IMG/VR virus record: IMGVR_UViG_3300021255_000040
Location: 32,001-96,000 of that record
Strand: one strand, 5' to 3'
Origin: a virus
Taxonomy: Duplodnaviria; Caudoviricetes
Length of the DNA stretch: 64,000 nt
A program made the position numbers and the translations under genes. Below are positions 1-8,677 of this stretch, piece after piece (the first letter of the stretch is position 1; each line of letters opens with the position of its first letter). The notes below the pieces were generated by a model that was not told where the DNA came from, did no database searches, and saw only the letters and a list, made by a program, of their open reading frames with translations.

Positions 1-41
1 TTGGAGCAAAGCATCTAAGGATTCTACTAAGACAAAAAGAA

Positions 42-65
42 AGAGAGGACTGTAGAATCCTCTCT
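42..65 (-). terminator. intrinsic terminator after tRNA-Met
   Basis: AGAGAGGA...TCCTCTCT hairpin followed by a T-rich tract on the minus strand. Confidence 0.55.
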
Positions 66-71
66 ATCTAG

Positions 72-142
72 TTGCGGATGTAGGATTTGAACCTCACCTC
101 TTGGTTATGAGCCAAACATGCGACCATCACACTGCATCCACG
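72..142 (-). tRNA. tRNA-Met (CAU), initiator-like, somewhat atypical
   Basis: Reverse complement CGTGGAT...TTTGG-CTCATAA-CCAAG...AGG-TTCAAAT-CCT...ATCCGCA-A; C1xA72 mismatch; no encoded CCA. Confidence 0.8.
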
Positions 143-239
143 ATGTAATTTCAGGTGTTTCACAACAGCTTACTCTTTATATTGTTCTTGCTATAAAATT
201 GTCTTATCTAAAAAGAAGAAAAGCCATAATAATTCCCTA

Positions 240-529
240 ACGGACTTTTCTAGACTCATCATTCTTGCATTTCCACTGGGCGGTCAGTATTCACTTAACT
301 CGTAAGCTTTTTAACTCCCAAAAGTCCTTTTACCCTCAGCCTTTTTTCCATTGTAGTTTGGCAGGACACCAATATTATAACAAGAACTTTTTTGACCTAT
401 CGGGGTTTGAGTAATCCTTTATCTCAGAGCTATGTGATATTTCTATCTGCTCTTACAACCCGACTTCTAATCCATATATACCTTCTGGCCTTTTGGATGA
501 GCATGAGACTACAACTCTCAAGGGTCGGT
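240..529 (-). ncRNA. candidate structured non-coding RNA
   Basis: Starts right after a TACCTTTG promoter; no credible ORF; several long-range complementary segments. Confidence 0.4.
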
Positions 530-530
530 G

Positions 531-538
531 CAAAGGTA
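531..538 (-). promoter_or_regulatory. Bacteroidota sigma-A -7 element
   Basis: TACCTTTG(CA) on the minus strand. Confidence 0.7.
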
Positions 539-651
539 AGTATTAATCCTGAAATAACCAAATTTTACTTGAACAATTTTCTATATTTAATTAAAAAACA
601 GCTTATTATTGCTCAAGTTAACTTAAACATTCATTCAAGTTTCCCCTATTA

Positions 652-981
652 TTATATATAAGGTGTAAAGTCAAAGTCTTCTGTAATCTCTAACCAGTCC
701 TCAAAGGTAACTCCTCCATATAGCTCAAAGTTAGCTACACACATCAACATGTAGTCTATACATTTATTGAAATTATCAAGGGGCTTGACATTCTTGAAGT
801 ATACCATATTAGTCAAGAAGACCATATCTCCCAGAGTGGAACCAGTAACATTATAGTACACTTTCCTCTGGGCAGCTTTCTTGACCTTGTTGCCATTCCA
901 TCTGCCTTCAGTAATACTCATAGCCAACTTCTCAGTGAAGTGTTTGCCATGTTTCTCCAAGTATGCTTCTAGTCCTTTCAT
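652..981 (-). CDS. hypothetical protein, paralogue of 2324..2740
   Basis: YLEKHGKHFTEKLA vs YINNYGCHFNKKLC; own promoter at 1019-1026. Confidence 0.75.
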   Translation of the reverse strand: MKGLEAYLEKHGKHFTEKLAMSITEGRWNGNKVKKAAQRKVYYNVTGSTLGDMVFLTNMVYFKNVKPLDNFNKCIDYMLMCVANFELYGGVTFEDWLEITEDFDFTPYI

Positions 982-1018
982 TACTTATGACTACTAGTTA
1001 TACATAACTTTGACGCTG

Positions 1019-1026
1019 CAAAGGTA
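1019..1026 (-). promoter_or_regulatory. Bacteroidota -7 element
   Basis: TACCTTTG(CA). Confidence 0.7.
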
Positions 1027-1173
1027 CGAAGATTTAATCAAATTACAAAGAAAGATGCCTAGTTCTTGCTAGACATCCTCCTTATTTCCTTTTGAACATC
1101 AGGCATTTGACTCATTTTCTTAAGAGTCTCTATCACCTGTTTTCTGCTTCCACCGGAAATCTTGGCTAACTGG

Positions 1174-1605
1174 TTAATTAATTTGTCCTGATTCATGATC
1201 CTCATAAATATCATTAACAGCTTCCACTATCTCTTTGGCTTTAGCTACAGCTTTTTCTACAGAAAACTTCCTTTCAACAACAAGCTGTTTAACAGTGTCA
1301 AATAACCTTGTGTTCTTGGTTGATGGAAACTTGGGAAACTCAGTCTTGACAGGTTCAAATATCTTCTTGAACACATCAGGCAACTCAGGACTAACCTTAA
1401 AGTCAAGTTGAATGCTCAAATGTTCCTTAATGTGTTCTTTACCTGTTGAGTCAATGTAAGTAACCCAGTCATCATCACTTCTAGCACCATTCTCTACTAA
1501 GTTAGATGCAATAACCTCAACCTCTTCACCAGTACTGCGAAGTGTGTACTTACCAACTAATCCTAATGGATTCTGAATATTGGTTTCTTCTTTCTTTTTA
1601 GCCAT
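1174..1605 (-). CDS. hypothetical protein
   Basis: 143-aa ORF with its own TACCTTTG promoter at 1632-1639. Confidence 0.75.
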   Translation of the reverse strand: MAKKKEETNIQNPLGLVGKYTLRSTGEEVEVIASNLVENGARSDDDWVTYIDSTGKEHIKEHLSIQLDFKVSPELPDVFKKIFEPVKTEFPKFPSTKNTRLFDTVKQLVVERKFSVEKAVAKAKEIVEAVNDIYEDHESGQIN

Positions 1606-1720
1606 AATCTTGTTATTTAATTAATACACTGCAAAGGTACAGCAAAATCAGGATGAAACAAAACAATGCCTATCTAGAACAGAAAGGCACTGAAAATGAA
1701 GAAGTTATAGTGTGAAAATA

Positions 1721-1930
1721 TTACTTATTAAGTGTTCTAAGCTCCACCATATTACTCAAGAGATTAGCTAGAACATTCCTGCCAAAGTCATTTTCATTCT
1801 CCTGATGGTGGTTAGCCAAGTACCTGTTGATAACATTGCATATCTGATGGAGCATGATGTTATTCTCATGTACCTCCTCTTGGATAGAGTCTAGAGTATC
1901 AAACAGGTAATCTTCGTCTTTTCTAGTCAT
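1721..1930 (-). CDS. small hypothetical protein (probable start MTRKDED)
   Basis: Overlaps the end of the upstream gene; last gene of the operon, followed by a hairpin near 1668-1690. Confidence 0.65.
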   Translation of the reverse strand: MTRKDEDYLFDTLDSIQEEVHENNIMLHQICNVINRYLANHHQENENDFGRNVLANLLSNMVELRTLNK

Positions 1931-2327
1931 AGGCTTTACAATTACAAACCATTTCACCAAATACATGGTACATCCTCTCTACCAGATGACCTATGGTGTA
2001 TGCAGGTGGTTCTCCTTCATCTTCTACATCATAAGCTGCTAGCATAGCTTGCTTAACATGCTCTGCCTCATGGACTATAGAGTTGATGTAATCTCTCTTT
2101 GACTCATGGGGATTAAACATTACTACACTGATATGCCAGTCTATATTATTATAGGTAGCAGCTTTTGCCTGACCTGATTTCAACATATCATAGGCTTCCT
2201 TGATAATTTCAGTAGAGGCTCCTGCATATATCAGCTCCTTGACTATACGGGCAAAAAGGTTAAAGTCCACATCATAGTAGACAATAACCTTCCAGTAACT
2301 TTCTATGTCAAACACCTGCTTAATCAT
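1923..2327 (-). CDS. HEXXH zincin-like putative metallopeptidase
   Basis: IVHEAEH plus EPPAY; same motif set as 51042..51473. Confidence 0.65.
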   Translation of the reverse strand: MIKQVFDIESYWKVIVYYDVDFNLFARIVKELIYAGASTEIIKEAYDMLKSGQAKAATYNNIDWHISVVMFNPHESKRDYINSIVHEAEHVKQAMLAAYDVEDEGEPPAYTIGHLVERMYHVFGEMVCNCKAYD

Positions 2328-2740
2328 AGCATCTCATCCCAGTCTACAGGATTGTTCATAAACATAGTGTCTGCATAGAATCGGTTAAACACAAAACCTT
2401 CCTCTGCATCAGCATCATCAAGCAAATCCTGAACATACATCACCAGATGCTTCTCATCAGGGACTGACTTACCAAGGAAATCAGCTTGGCACATGTTTGC
2501 CACATAAGTAGCATCATACAGCTTATTTCTCTCAATCTTGATGTTATAGTTGGCAATCATAGCATCTACCTGTTCCTTGGTATAAGGCTTAATGTGCTCC
2601 TTTTTGCCACCATTATCCTTGTACATCTGGCTGACTGCCCAGTCACAAAGCTTCTTGTTGAAATGACAGCCATAGTTATTGATGTACTGCTTCATTCCCT
2701 CAGGTATCTCATCATAACTGCCTGTTCTTCTTTGATACAT
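2324..2740 (-). CDS. conserved phage hypothetical protein
   Basis: 138-aa ORF; YGCHFNKKLC and YVANMCQADF motifs. Confidence 0.75.
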   Translation of the reverse strand: MYQRRTGSYDEIPEGMKQYINNYGCHFNKKLCDWAVSQMYKDNGGKKEHIKPYTKEQVDAMIANYNIKIERNKLYDATYVANMCQADFLGKSVPDEKHLVMYVQDLLDDADAEEGFVFNRFYADTMFMNNPVDWDEML

Positions 2741-2805
2741 AGTCTTATCTCCTATAATTTAAAAGGGAGCATGGAGACTTCTCCACACTCCCTTCTTCTG
2801 ATTAA

Positions 2806-3021
2806 TTACATTCTGCCTCTACGATAGCCATATCTGCCAGGAATCATTTCATCCTCGTGATACTCATGACGATACATTCTACCACCACGATACTCTGCTT
2901 CATCAGCATAGTCACTATCTTCAAGACAATCACGGAACTCCTCAAGGAAGTCAATCATCTTTTCAATCTTGTGTGTAAACTTCTCCTTCTTTTCAGGAGT
3001 CATCTTATACATTATTACCAT
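2806..3021 (-). CDS. small protein with Gly/Arg/Tyr-rich tail
   Basis: Helical N-terminus, C-terminus GRYGYRRGRM; followed by a hairpin at 2765-2792. Confidence 0.7.
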   Translation of the reverse strand: MVIMYKMTPEKKEKFTHKIEKMIDFLEEFRDCLEDSDYADEAEYRGGRMYRHEYHEDEMIPGRYGYRRGRM

Positions 3022-3024
3022 AAC

Positions 3025-3516
3025 TTAAACTGCATTAGGTGTTTTCTGTTTAAGCAAAGACAGTATCTCTGCCATTTGACTCTGCATACCTTCTACCTGC
3101 CCCCTTAACTCTTTGACAACATTGTCATTGGCTGTGGCAGGATCAAGTTCATTGAGGGCTGCATCATACTGAGGAATCCTCTCTTGATGCATGGGAGCAC
3201 TGTCAATCACATTCTTACTCTCCTGGCGAAGAGACTTAATGTGGTTAGCCAGTGAATCCTTGCTATCAGATATTACCAGTGAGTCTGCTCCAAAGTCTGC
3301 CACAACATTGCTGTTAGGTACTTGCTGGAATTCTCTGCGCTCACCATTAATATTGGCTACTATATCAACAATATACTCAGGAATCTGACCAAAGGTATTC
3401 TGGTTAAACCTAGGTCTTGGCAATGATACACTCTCTACAGTAGCAGTGAAGAGCTTATTACCATTTTTCCTGTCAAGTCCATACAGGACACTGCCTTTAC
3501 TTAAATTTGAAAACAT
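3025..3516 (-). CDS. hypothetical protein with C-terminal coiled coil
   Basis: 163-aa ORF tightly packed in the operon. Confidence 0.75.
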   Translation of the reverse strand: MFSNLSKGSVLYGLDRKNGNKLFTATVESVSLPRPRFNQNTFGQIPEYIVDIVANINGERREFQQVPNSNVVADFGADSLVISDSKDSLANHIKSLRQESKNVIDSAPMHQERIPQYDAALNELDPATANDNVVKELRGQVEGMQSQMAEILSLLKQKTPNAV

Positions 3517-3518
3517 AA

Positions 3519-3950
3519 TTAATTACTCTTTTTTACGGTTCTCATTGAATTGTTAGTCTCTTCAGTACTAGAAGTATTCTGAGTTGTAGCAGCAGCTGGA
3601 CCAGTGGTCATCAACTGAAGTAGGTTACAGCTCTTATCATAATAGATAAAGTAGATGCCTGCACCAGTCAGCTGTTCTGCTGTAGCTGCTGTACCTCCAA
3701 CCAAAGTCAGAGGCTGGGTAAACTCATTGGATGCAAATAGAATGGGAAGAGTGCCTGCACTCTCAGGGAGAGCAGTATTAAGTCTGAATAATATAACTCC
3801 ATTATTGTTCAACATCCTGAATGCCCTGCGAGGGATACCAATCACCACATCATTTGTATTGACTGTGACATTGGCACTCTCAATCATAGGAAATCCAAAC
3901 CTGTTGGCAAAGTTGAAGGGATAATTAGTTGTTGCTCCAAACATATTCAT
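3519..3950 (-). CDS. beta-rich hypothetical protein
   Basis: 143-aa ORF, alternating hydrophobic pattern, Thr/Ser-rich tail. Confidence 0.75.
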   Translation of the reverse strand: MNMFGATTNYPFNFANRFGFPMIESANVTVNTNDVVIGIPRRAFRMLNNNGVILFRLNTALPESAGTLPILFASNEFTQPLTLVGGTAATAEQLTGAGIYFIYYDKSCNLLQLMTTGPAAATTQNTSSTEETNNSMRTVKKSN

Positions 3951-3963
3951 ATCCTCCTATATT

Positions 3964-4911
3964 TTAGTTAAAGAAACCTGTCTGCTGACCCATACCATAG
4001 CCATAGTAACCTCCTACATAAGGAGTAGCATTGGCTGCGATTATGTTAGGCCACTGTACTGGAACTGTGTTAGGCTGCTTAGCAGCAATAGCATCAATCT
4101 TGTCATCAAGAGCATGGAAAGCTGCATTGAACTGGAGAGTCTGCTTGTCATTACTAATCTGATTCCTCAACTGAGTGATAATATCACCCTGAGTATCAAT
4201 CTTAGACTGCAACTCACGCTCCTTCAAAGCACAGAACTCTGATACAATCATAGCATTCTGGTCAGCAATAGCCTTTACAATAGTATTGGTATTACCATCA
4301 GCCTGACGTGTCAGAGTATTAGTCTGCTGACATACTAAAAGCTGGTCAGCTGCTTCATTCTGGGCAAGCTGCAACCTTACAGATGCATCATGAGCAGCCA
4401 GTGAAGTCTGAAGAGCATTGGTCTGGTTAGCAATAGCCAGTCTGTTCTCACAGCAGCACTCACAGATTTGTCTGCTCAGATTAGCATTACCCAACTGAAG
4501 AGCATTGATAGTCTCAAGACCACTCATACCTACCTGAGCACCTACATTCTGAATAGCAGATTGGAGAGTGAACAGATTAGTCTTTACAGTCTCAATACTA
4601 GAATGAGTCAGATTAGCAAGCTGTCCCAGTGCATCTGCACGACCATTAATAGCCTGGAGCAGCAAATCCCTACCAGCATCATTGTTCAGCTGATTAGCAA
4701 GGAAGCCTGTGCCATTATTACCACCAAAGCCATTGCCCCAGCCATTACCACCATATCCCCACATCATCCAGAGGAATAAAATCCAAATCCAGTTACCATT
4801 GCCTCCAAAGCCACCATTCTGGTTAAGCAGGGCCAACAGTCCAGGATCAATACCATTTACTGCACTCTTAGTAGCAGCATCTGGAAAAACATAAACACCT
4901 TCTTGTGCCAT
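3964..4911 (-). CDS. Gly-rich membrane-anchored coiled-coil protein with CECCC motif
   Basis: GGFGGNGN-WIWILFLWMMW-GYGGNGWGNGFGG, then Q/N/A-rich heptads and QICECCCENR. Confidence 0.8.
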   Translation of the reverse strand: MAQEGVYVFPDAATKSAVNGIDPGLLALLNQNGGFGGNGNWIWILFLWMMWGYGGNGWGNGFGGNNGTGFLANQLNNDAGRDLLLQAINGRADALGQLANLTHSSIETVKTNLFTLQSAIQNVGAQVGMSGLETINALQLGNANLSRQICECCCENRLAIANQTNALQTSLAAHDASVRLQLAQNEAADQLLVCQQTNTLTRQADGNTNTIVKAIADQNAMIVSEFCALKERELQSKIDTQGDIITQLRNQISNDKQTLQFNAAFHALDDKIDAIAAKQPNTVPVQWPNIIAANATPYVGGYYGYGMGQQTGFFN

Positions 4912-4975
4912 AGTTTAAAACCTTTCTTTTTTAATTAATTAAACATTAACTTTACTTTTATCACTAGTGATGGTG

Positions 4976-4983
4976 CAAAGTTA
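4976..4983 (-). promoter_or_regulatory. Bacteroidota -7 element of the CCC-protein operon
   Basis: TAACTTTG(CA). Confidence 0.65.
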
Positions 4984-5076
4984 CGAGGTATCCTATGACT
5001 TTTCAAACGATGCTTGTAGACAACAAAAAACCACTAACCCTCAATGAGTTAGTGGCTGAAAACATTACCTACTTTG

Positions 5077-5469
5077 TTATTCCTTCAGTCTAATCAACAA
5101 TACTTTCATTATACCCTCATCAGATAAGTCCTTCCAAGTGTACCTTAGAACAGTAACATCAGGGTAATGGTCTTGGATATTCCTAGTTCTCTGCTTATCA
5201 TGTTGACTATGGTGATCATGATACCTCTTACCATCTACCTCTATAATAATTCTCCTGTCTGGAATATAAAAGTCGGCTATATAATACCTTGTTATCCAAC
5301 CATCATCAGCAGTGATGTAAAATATCTTCTGGAACTCATATTGGATATAGTGCCTATCTAGAAAAGCTATCATCCTTTCCTCTAGAGGAGAAGGCCAAGT
5401 TTTCATTTCATTAGCCCTAGATTCAGCCTTGCTTCTTACCTCCTTATTATGTGCCTGTTTGTTACTCAT
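5077..5469 (-). CDS. DUF559/Vsr-like PD-(D/E)XK endonuclease
   Basis: YIADFY...IIIEVDG..YH....HD..R; promoter TACCTTTG at 5489-5496; hairpin near 5031-5055. Confidence 0.8.
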   Translation of the reverse strand: MSNKQAHNKEVRSKAESRANEMKTWPSPLEERMIAFLDRHYIQYEFQKIFYITADDGWITRYYIADFYIPDRRIIIEVDGKRYHDHHSQHDKQRTRNIQDHYPDVTVLRYTWKDLSDEGIMKVLLIRLKE

Positions 5470-5823
5470 CTTATCTTTATTTTTTAGGCAAAGGTAACAA
5501 AGAGTCTCTAAGACATACTACATATAATAAAAGGTATAAGATGGGATTAGGGACAAGTGATATTTTTTAAAATCAATTGTATGTGTAAAAGGGAGATATT
5601 ATGGCAAAATGTTGGGTATGTGTCAAAGAGTGATATTTAAAATTGAAAGTATGTGTATAAACGGGATATAATACCACACACCACCCCCACCTGATTTTGG
5701 ATTGGGGATATACCCCCGCCCTAACTGAGGAGATTCCACCGTCTCCAATGTTAGCAGTATTAACCAGGTGGGAGCTAAGCCTCTGCTCTGATAGGCTCAC
5801 AGTCCTGAGAGGGATTTACCACT

Positions 5824-6141
5824 ATGACACAGAACAACAGTAACAACAACCAGGGAATCATCAACAGCTGGTCACTCATTGCCTTCGCAAGAAGTCATGG
5901 GAAGATGCAAGTCGGTGAGTTTGCAAACAAGGAGACTGGAGAGGTCTTCAAGAGTTGCATCTTCACTGACCCAGCTGGTGACAGATGCTTCGTGGCATTC
6001 AGCTCCAAGATGGGTGAACTGACCCCAAGAGAGATTGCTGCCATGAAGGATGAACTTCAGGTGGTTCAGCTGGAGTCAGGCAACTTCAGCCTGTGCAAGC
6101 AGGGTCAGAATGCCTGGGAGGATGTTGACCTTGGCCTGTAA
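5824..6141 (+). CDS. early hypothetical protein, copy 1
   Basis: 105 aa, highly similar to 7606..7920; terminator at about 6143-6193. Confidence 0.85.
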   Translation: MTQNNSNNNQGIINSWSLIAFARSHGKMQVGEFANKETGEVFKSCIFTDPAGDRCFVAFSSKMGELTPREIAAMKDELQVVQLESGNFSLCKQGQNAWEDVDLGL

Positions 6142-6381
6142 GAGGGAGAAATGGGGAGAGTGTGACAGGCTCTCCCCTTCCTTTCTTTTCTTTTCAAGAG
6201 AAACACCGCAGAACCTGCAAGCACAATAAAAAGAAAATTTTATAAGGTCAACATTGGAATTAGCTTTTTCAGTATTCAAGGGAGACAGCACCATTCCTAT
6301 ATCTTGGCAGGAAAGTCCTTGCTGTTGGGAGTCAAACCAGTGACACTAATCCCCCAACATTACTAATCCAATGTCACTGGG

Positions 6382-6413
6382 GAGCAGATTGGCCATCTGC
6401 TCTACTTTTTTTT
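6382..6413 (+). terminator. intrinsic terminator
   Basis: GAGCAGAT-TGGCC-ATCTGCTC then a T run. Confidence 0.75.
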
Positions 6414-6439
6414 GAAATATTAACTAAAACCCAGATAAT

Positions 6440-6697
6440 ATGAAGAAGATTTATAAAGGTGAATGGTGCTATAGTTCATCCACACCTAATAGGACTGAGA
6501 GAATCAAGTCTCATAAGGAATTTGAGGCAAGTGACTTAAAGAAGATGCTTGATGAAGGTTGGCAGGTTAAGGTAACTAAACCTAAGAGACCTAGAATCAA
6601 GAGAGAATCTTTTAAGGTTATCATCACTTGTTTTGGGCCTATGAAGATTACTATTGAAGAGTATAATCAGCATTGTAAGGACTTTAAAACTCTATGA
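6440..6697 (+). CDS. basic hypothetical protein
   Basis: 85-aa ORF with A-rich leader. Confidence 0.65.
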   Translation: MKKIYKGEWCYSSSTPNRTERIKSHKEFEASDLKKMLDEGWQVKVTKPKRPRIKRESFKVIITCFGPMKITIEEYNQHCKDFKTL

Positions 6698-7107
6698 TAT
6701 GTATAAGGTATTTGATTCTCTAGGGAAGCTGGTTAGAGCTGGCTTCTCTACTTACCTTGATGCATTTAATTATAAGTGTGCATTTGGTAATTCAGGTTGG
6801 TATATTTCTCATTAAATATAATAAGGTATGGGATACATGAGTAAAAAAGATATGGTTGCCTTACTTTTACAGGCAAGAAATATTCTCCACAAGCAGGAAA
6901 ATGGCGAAGAGGTTCTCCCTCAAGACATAACTCTGGCACATGACTATGTTGATATGGTCATTGATGATTTGATAAAATAGGAGTTGGGCTTCACTTGTAG
7001 AAGCTCTTCTTCTTTATTATATTGCTATTAGGCAGATACTTCTTCTTCTCTTTCTATCTTTTTTTATTATATTTTTATTATCTTTGCAGCATTAAAACAA
7101 TATAACT

Positions 7108-7287
7108 ATGGTAATACTTGGAATTCTCATTGCTTGTTGTGTTTGTTGGGTTACTGTATTTATAGCCCTCAACTTCTATTATGATACTATAAGCAAGAAT
7201 AAACCTAAAAGCATAACCTTGAGGGTAACTCTCATTAGCTTTTTCATCATGATCAGCTTGTTGTCTTTAGGTTATTGCTCTCACTAA
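7108..7287 (+). CDS. 59-aa two-TM membrane protein
   Basis: MVILGILIACCVCWVTVFIALNF...VTLISFFIMISLLSLG; TATCTTTG at 7079-7086. Confidence 0.6.
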   Translation: MVILGILIACCVCWVTVFIALNFYYDTISKNKPKSITLRVTLISFFIMISLLSLGYCSH

Positions 7288-7605
7288 TATATAATAGTAC
7301 ACGTACATTATATTATATTAGGTAGGTCAAAGGCCACACACCACATTAGCTTTTGGCTTACCTTTTTCTTTCTTTTATATTTCTTTCTTTTTGTAAGTAA
7401 AGCAAGATGAAGAAGCTTTAGAGCTTTATAAATAGTCAAGCGACACATCACCACTCCTATATTTTGGAGAGATAGAGAGAAGTTGGGTAAATCTAGCTAA
7501 TCTTATATTTCTACCAAGTTTTAGGGTCTGAGAGGGTTTGCTGTCCTTGATGATTTATGTTAGTATTGCAGCACATACAGGACAATTAGGGGCCTGAATT
7601 ACACT

Positions 7606-7920
7606 ATGGCTAATACAGCTCAGAACGTAGGTATTAAGAACAGTTGGTCACTTCTGGCATTTGCTAAGTCTCATGGCAAGATGCAGGTGGGAGATTTTGT
7701 CAACAAGGAAACTGGTGAGGCTTTTAAGTCTTGTATTTTCACCAATCCTGAGGATAACAGCCGCTGCTTTGTTGCTTTCTCCAGCAAAATGGGAGAACTG
7801 TCTCCCCGTGAGATTATGGAGCAGAAGGATAACCTCCAGGTTGTAGAACTGGAGAGTGGTAACTTCTCACTCTGTAAGCAGGGTGCAAATGCTTGGGAAG
7901 ATGTGGAGTTGGGTCTTTAA
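7606..7920 (+). CDS. early hypothetical protein, copy 2
   Basis: 104-aa paralogue of 5824..6141. Confidence 0.85.
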   Translation: MANTAQNVGIKNSWSLLAFAKSHGKMQVGDFVNKETGEAFKSCIFTNPEDNSRCFVAFSSKMGELSPREIMEQKDNLQVVELESGNFSLCKQGANAWEDVELGL

Positions 7921-8191
7921 TAGACTCAGCTTTCCCTCTTAACAGGACAAGCTAATTAACTGTGTTATAAGTGGTATGTGTGTAGAGATTGCAGGTTATT
8001 CCCCCTCCTAGAGCTGATAAGACTTCCAACTCTACACACTTTTTCAATTATCCATTTTAACATTGCATTCTTTACTCTCCAAGATAGTTGCACATACTCA
8101 ACTATGTGCCTCTTGCTATCTATCTTTTTTATTTAGCTTTAGGCACTTAGATTACATTTTACTTCTTTAAAACCTTAAAACATTACAAATT

Positions 8192-8473
8192 ATGAAACGT
8201 ATATTAGTTAGATATTACTCTCCAGAAGAAATTGGTGCAGAAAATGAACATTTCACTAAAGAAGAACTTATAGAGAATTGCTTTAGAGTAAGTGAATGTA
8301 CTGATGAATCCTCTGCATTAGATGCTTATGCTAATACTCCTGCTACTTGGTCTACTCTATTAGATGATGCAGTATTACTCTTTGATGCTAAAGAACTTCA
8401 TGAATTTCTTGATAATGCTGTTAAGGCTATTGAGGAAGATGATGTAGATTGGTTGGAACAACATTTTATTTAA
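8192..8473 (+). CDS. acidic hypothetical protein
   Basis: 93-aa ORF with A-rich leader. Confidence 0.7.
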   Translation: MKRILVRYYSPEEIGAENEHFTKEELIENCFRVSECTDESSALDAYANTPATWSTLLDDAVLLFDAKELHEFLDNAVKAIEEDDVDWLEQHFI

Positions 8474-8478
8474 TTATT

Positions 8479-8646
8479 ATGAGTTACTTATCTCACTACC
8501 CAAATTGTATAGGTTGTCCAGTTACTAAATATTGTGGAACTATGGTTAGTTCTATAAAATTATGTAATTCCTATGATGAACCCTCTATTGAAGAGGTAGA
8601 TGCTTATGCCGAAGAGCAAATAGCATTATCTCTTGAAATCATGTAG
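8479..8646 (+). CDS. small Cys-rich protein
   Basis: CIGCPVTKYC motif. Confidence 0.55.
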   Translation: MSYLSHYPNCIGCPVTKYCGTMVSSIKLCNSYDEPSIEEVDAYAEEQIALSLEIM

Positions 8647-8677
8647 ATAAAGCAAAACCCTTTAATCCTTTAATAAC

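Noticed and set aside
392-661. Plus-strand 89-aa ORF
   Set aside because: Non-ATG start, opposite to local transcription, and spans a minus-strand promoter
7977-8040. GTGTAGAG/CTCTACAC stem with GCTGATAAGAC, resembling a hammerhead or fluoride riboswitch
   Set aside because: Lacks the GAAA core and the required 5' pairing; only a hairpin can be supported
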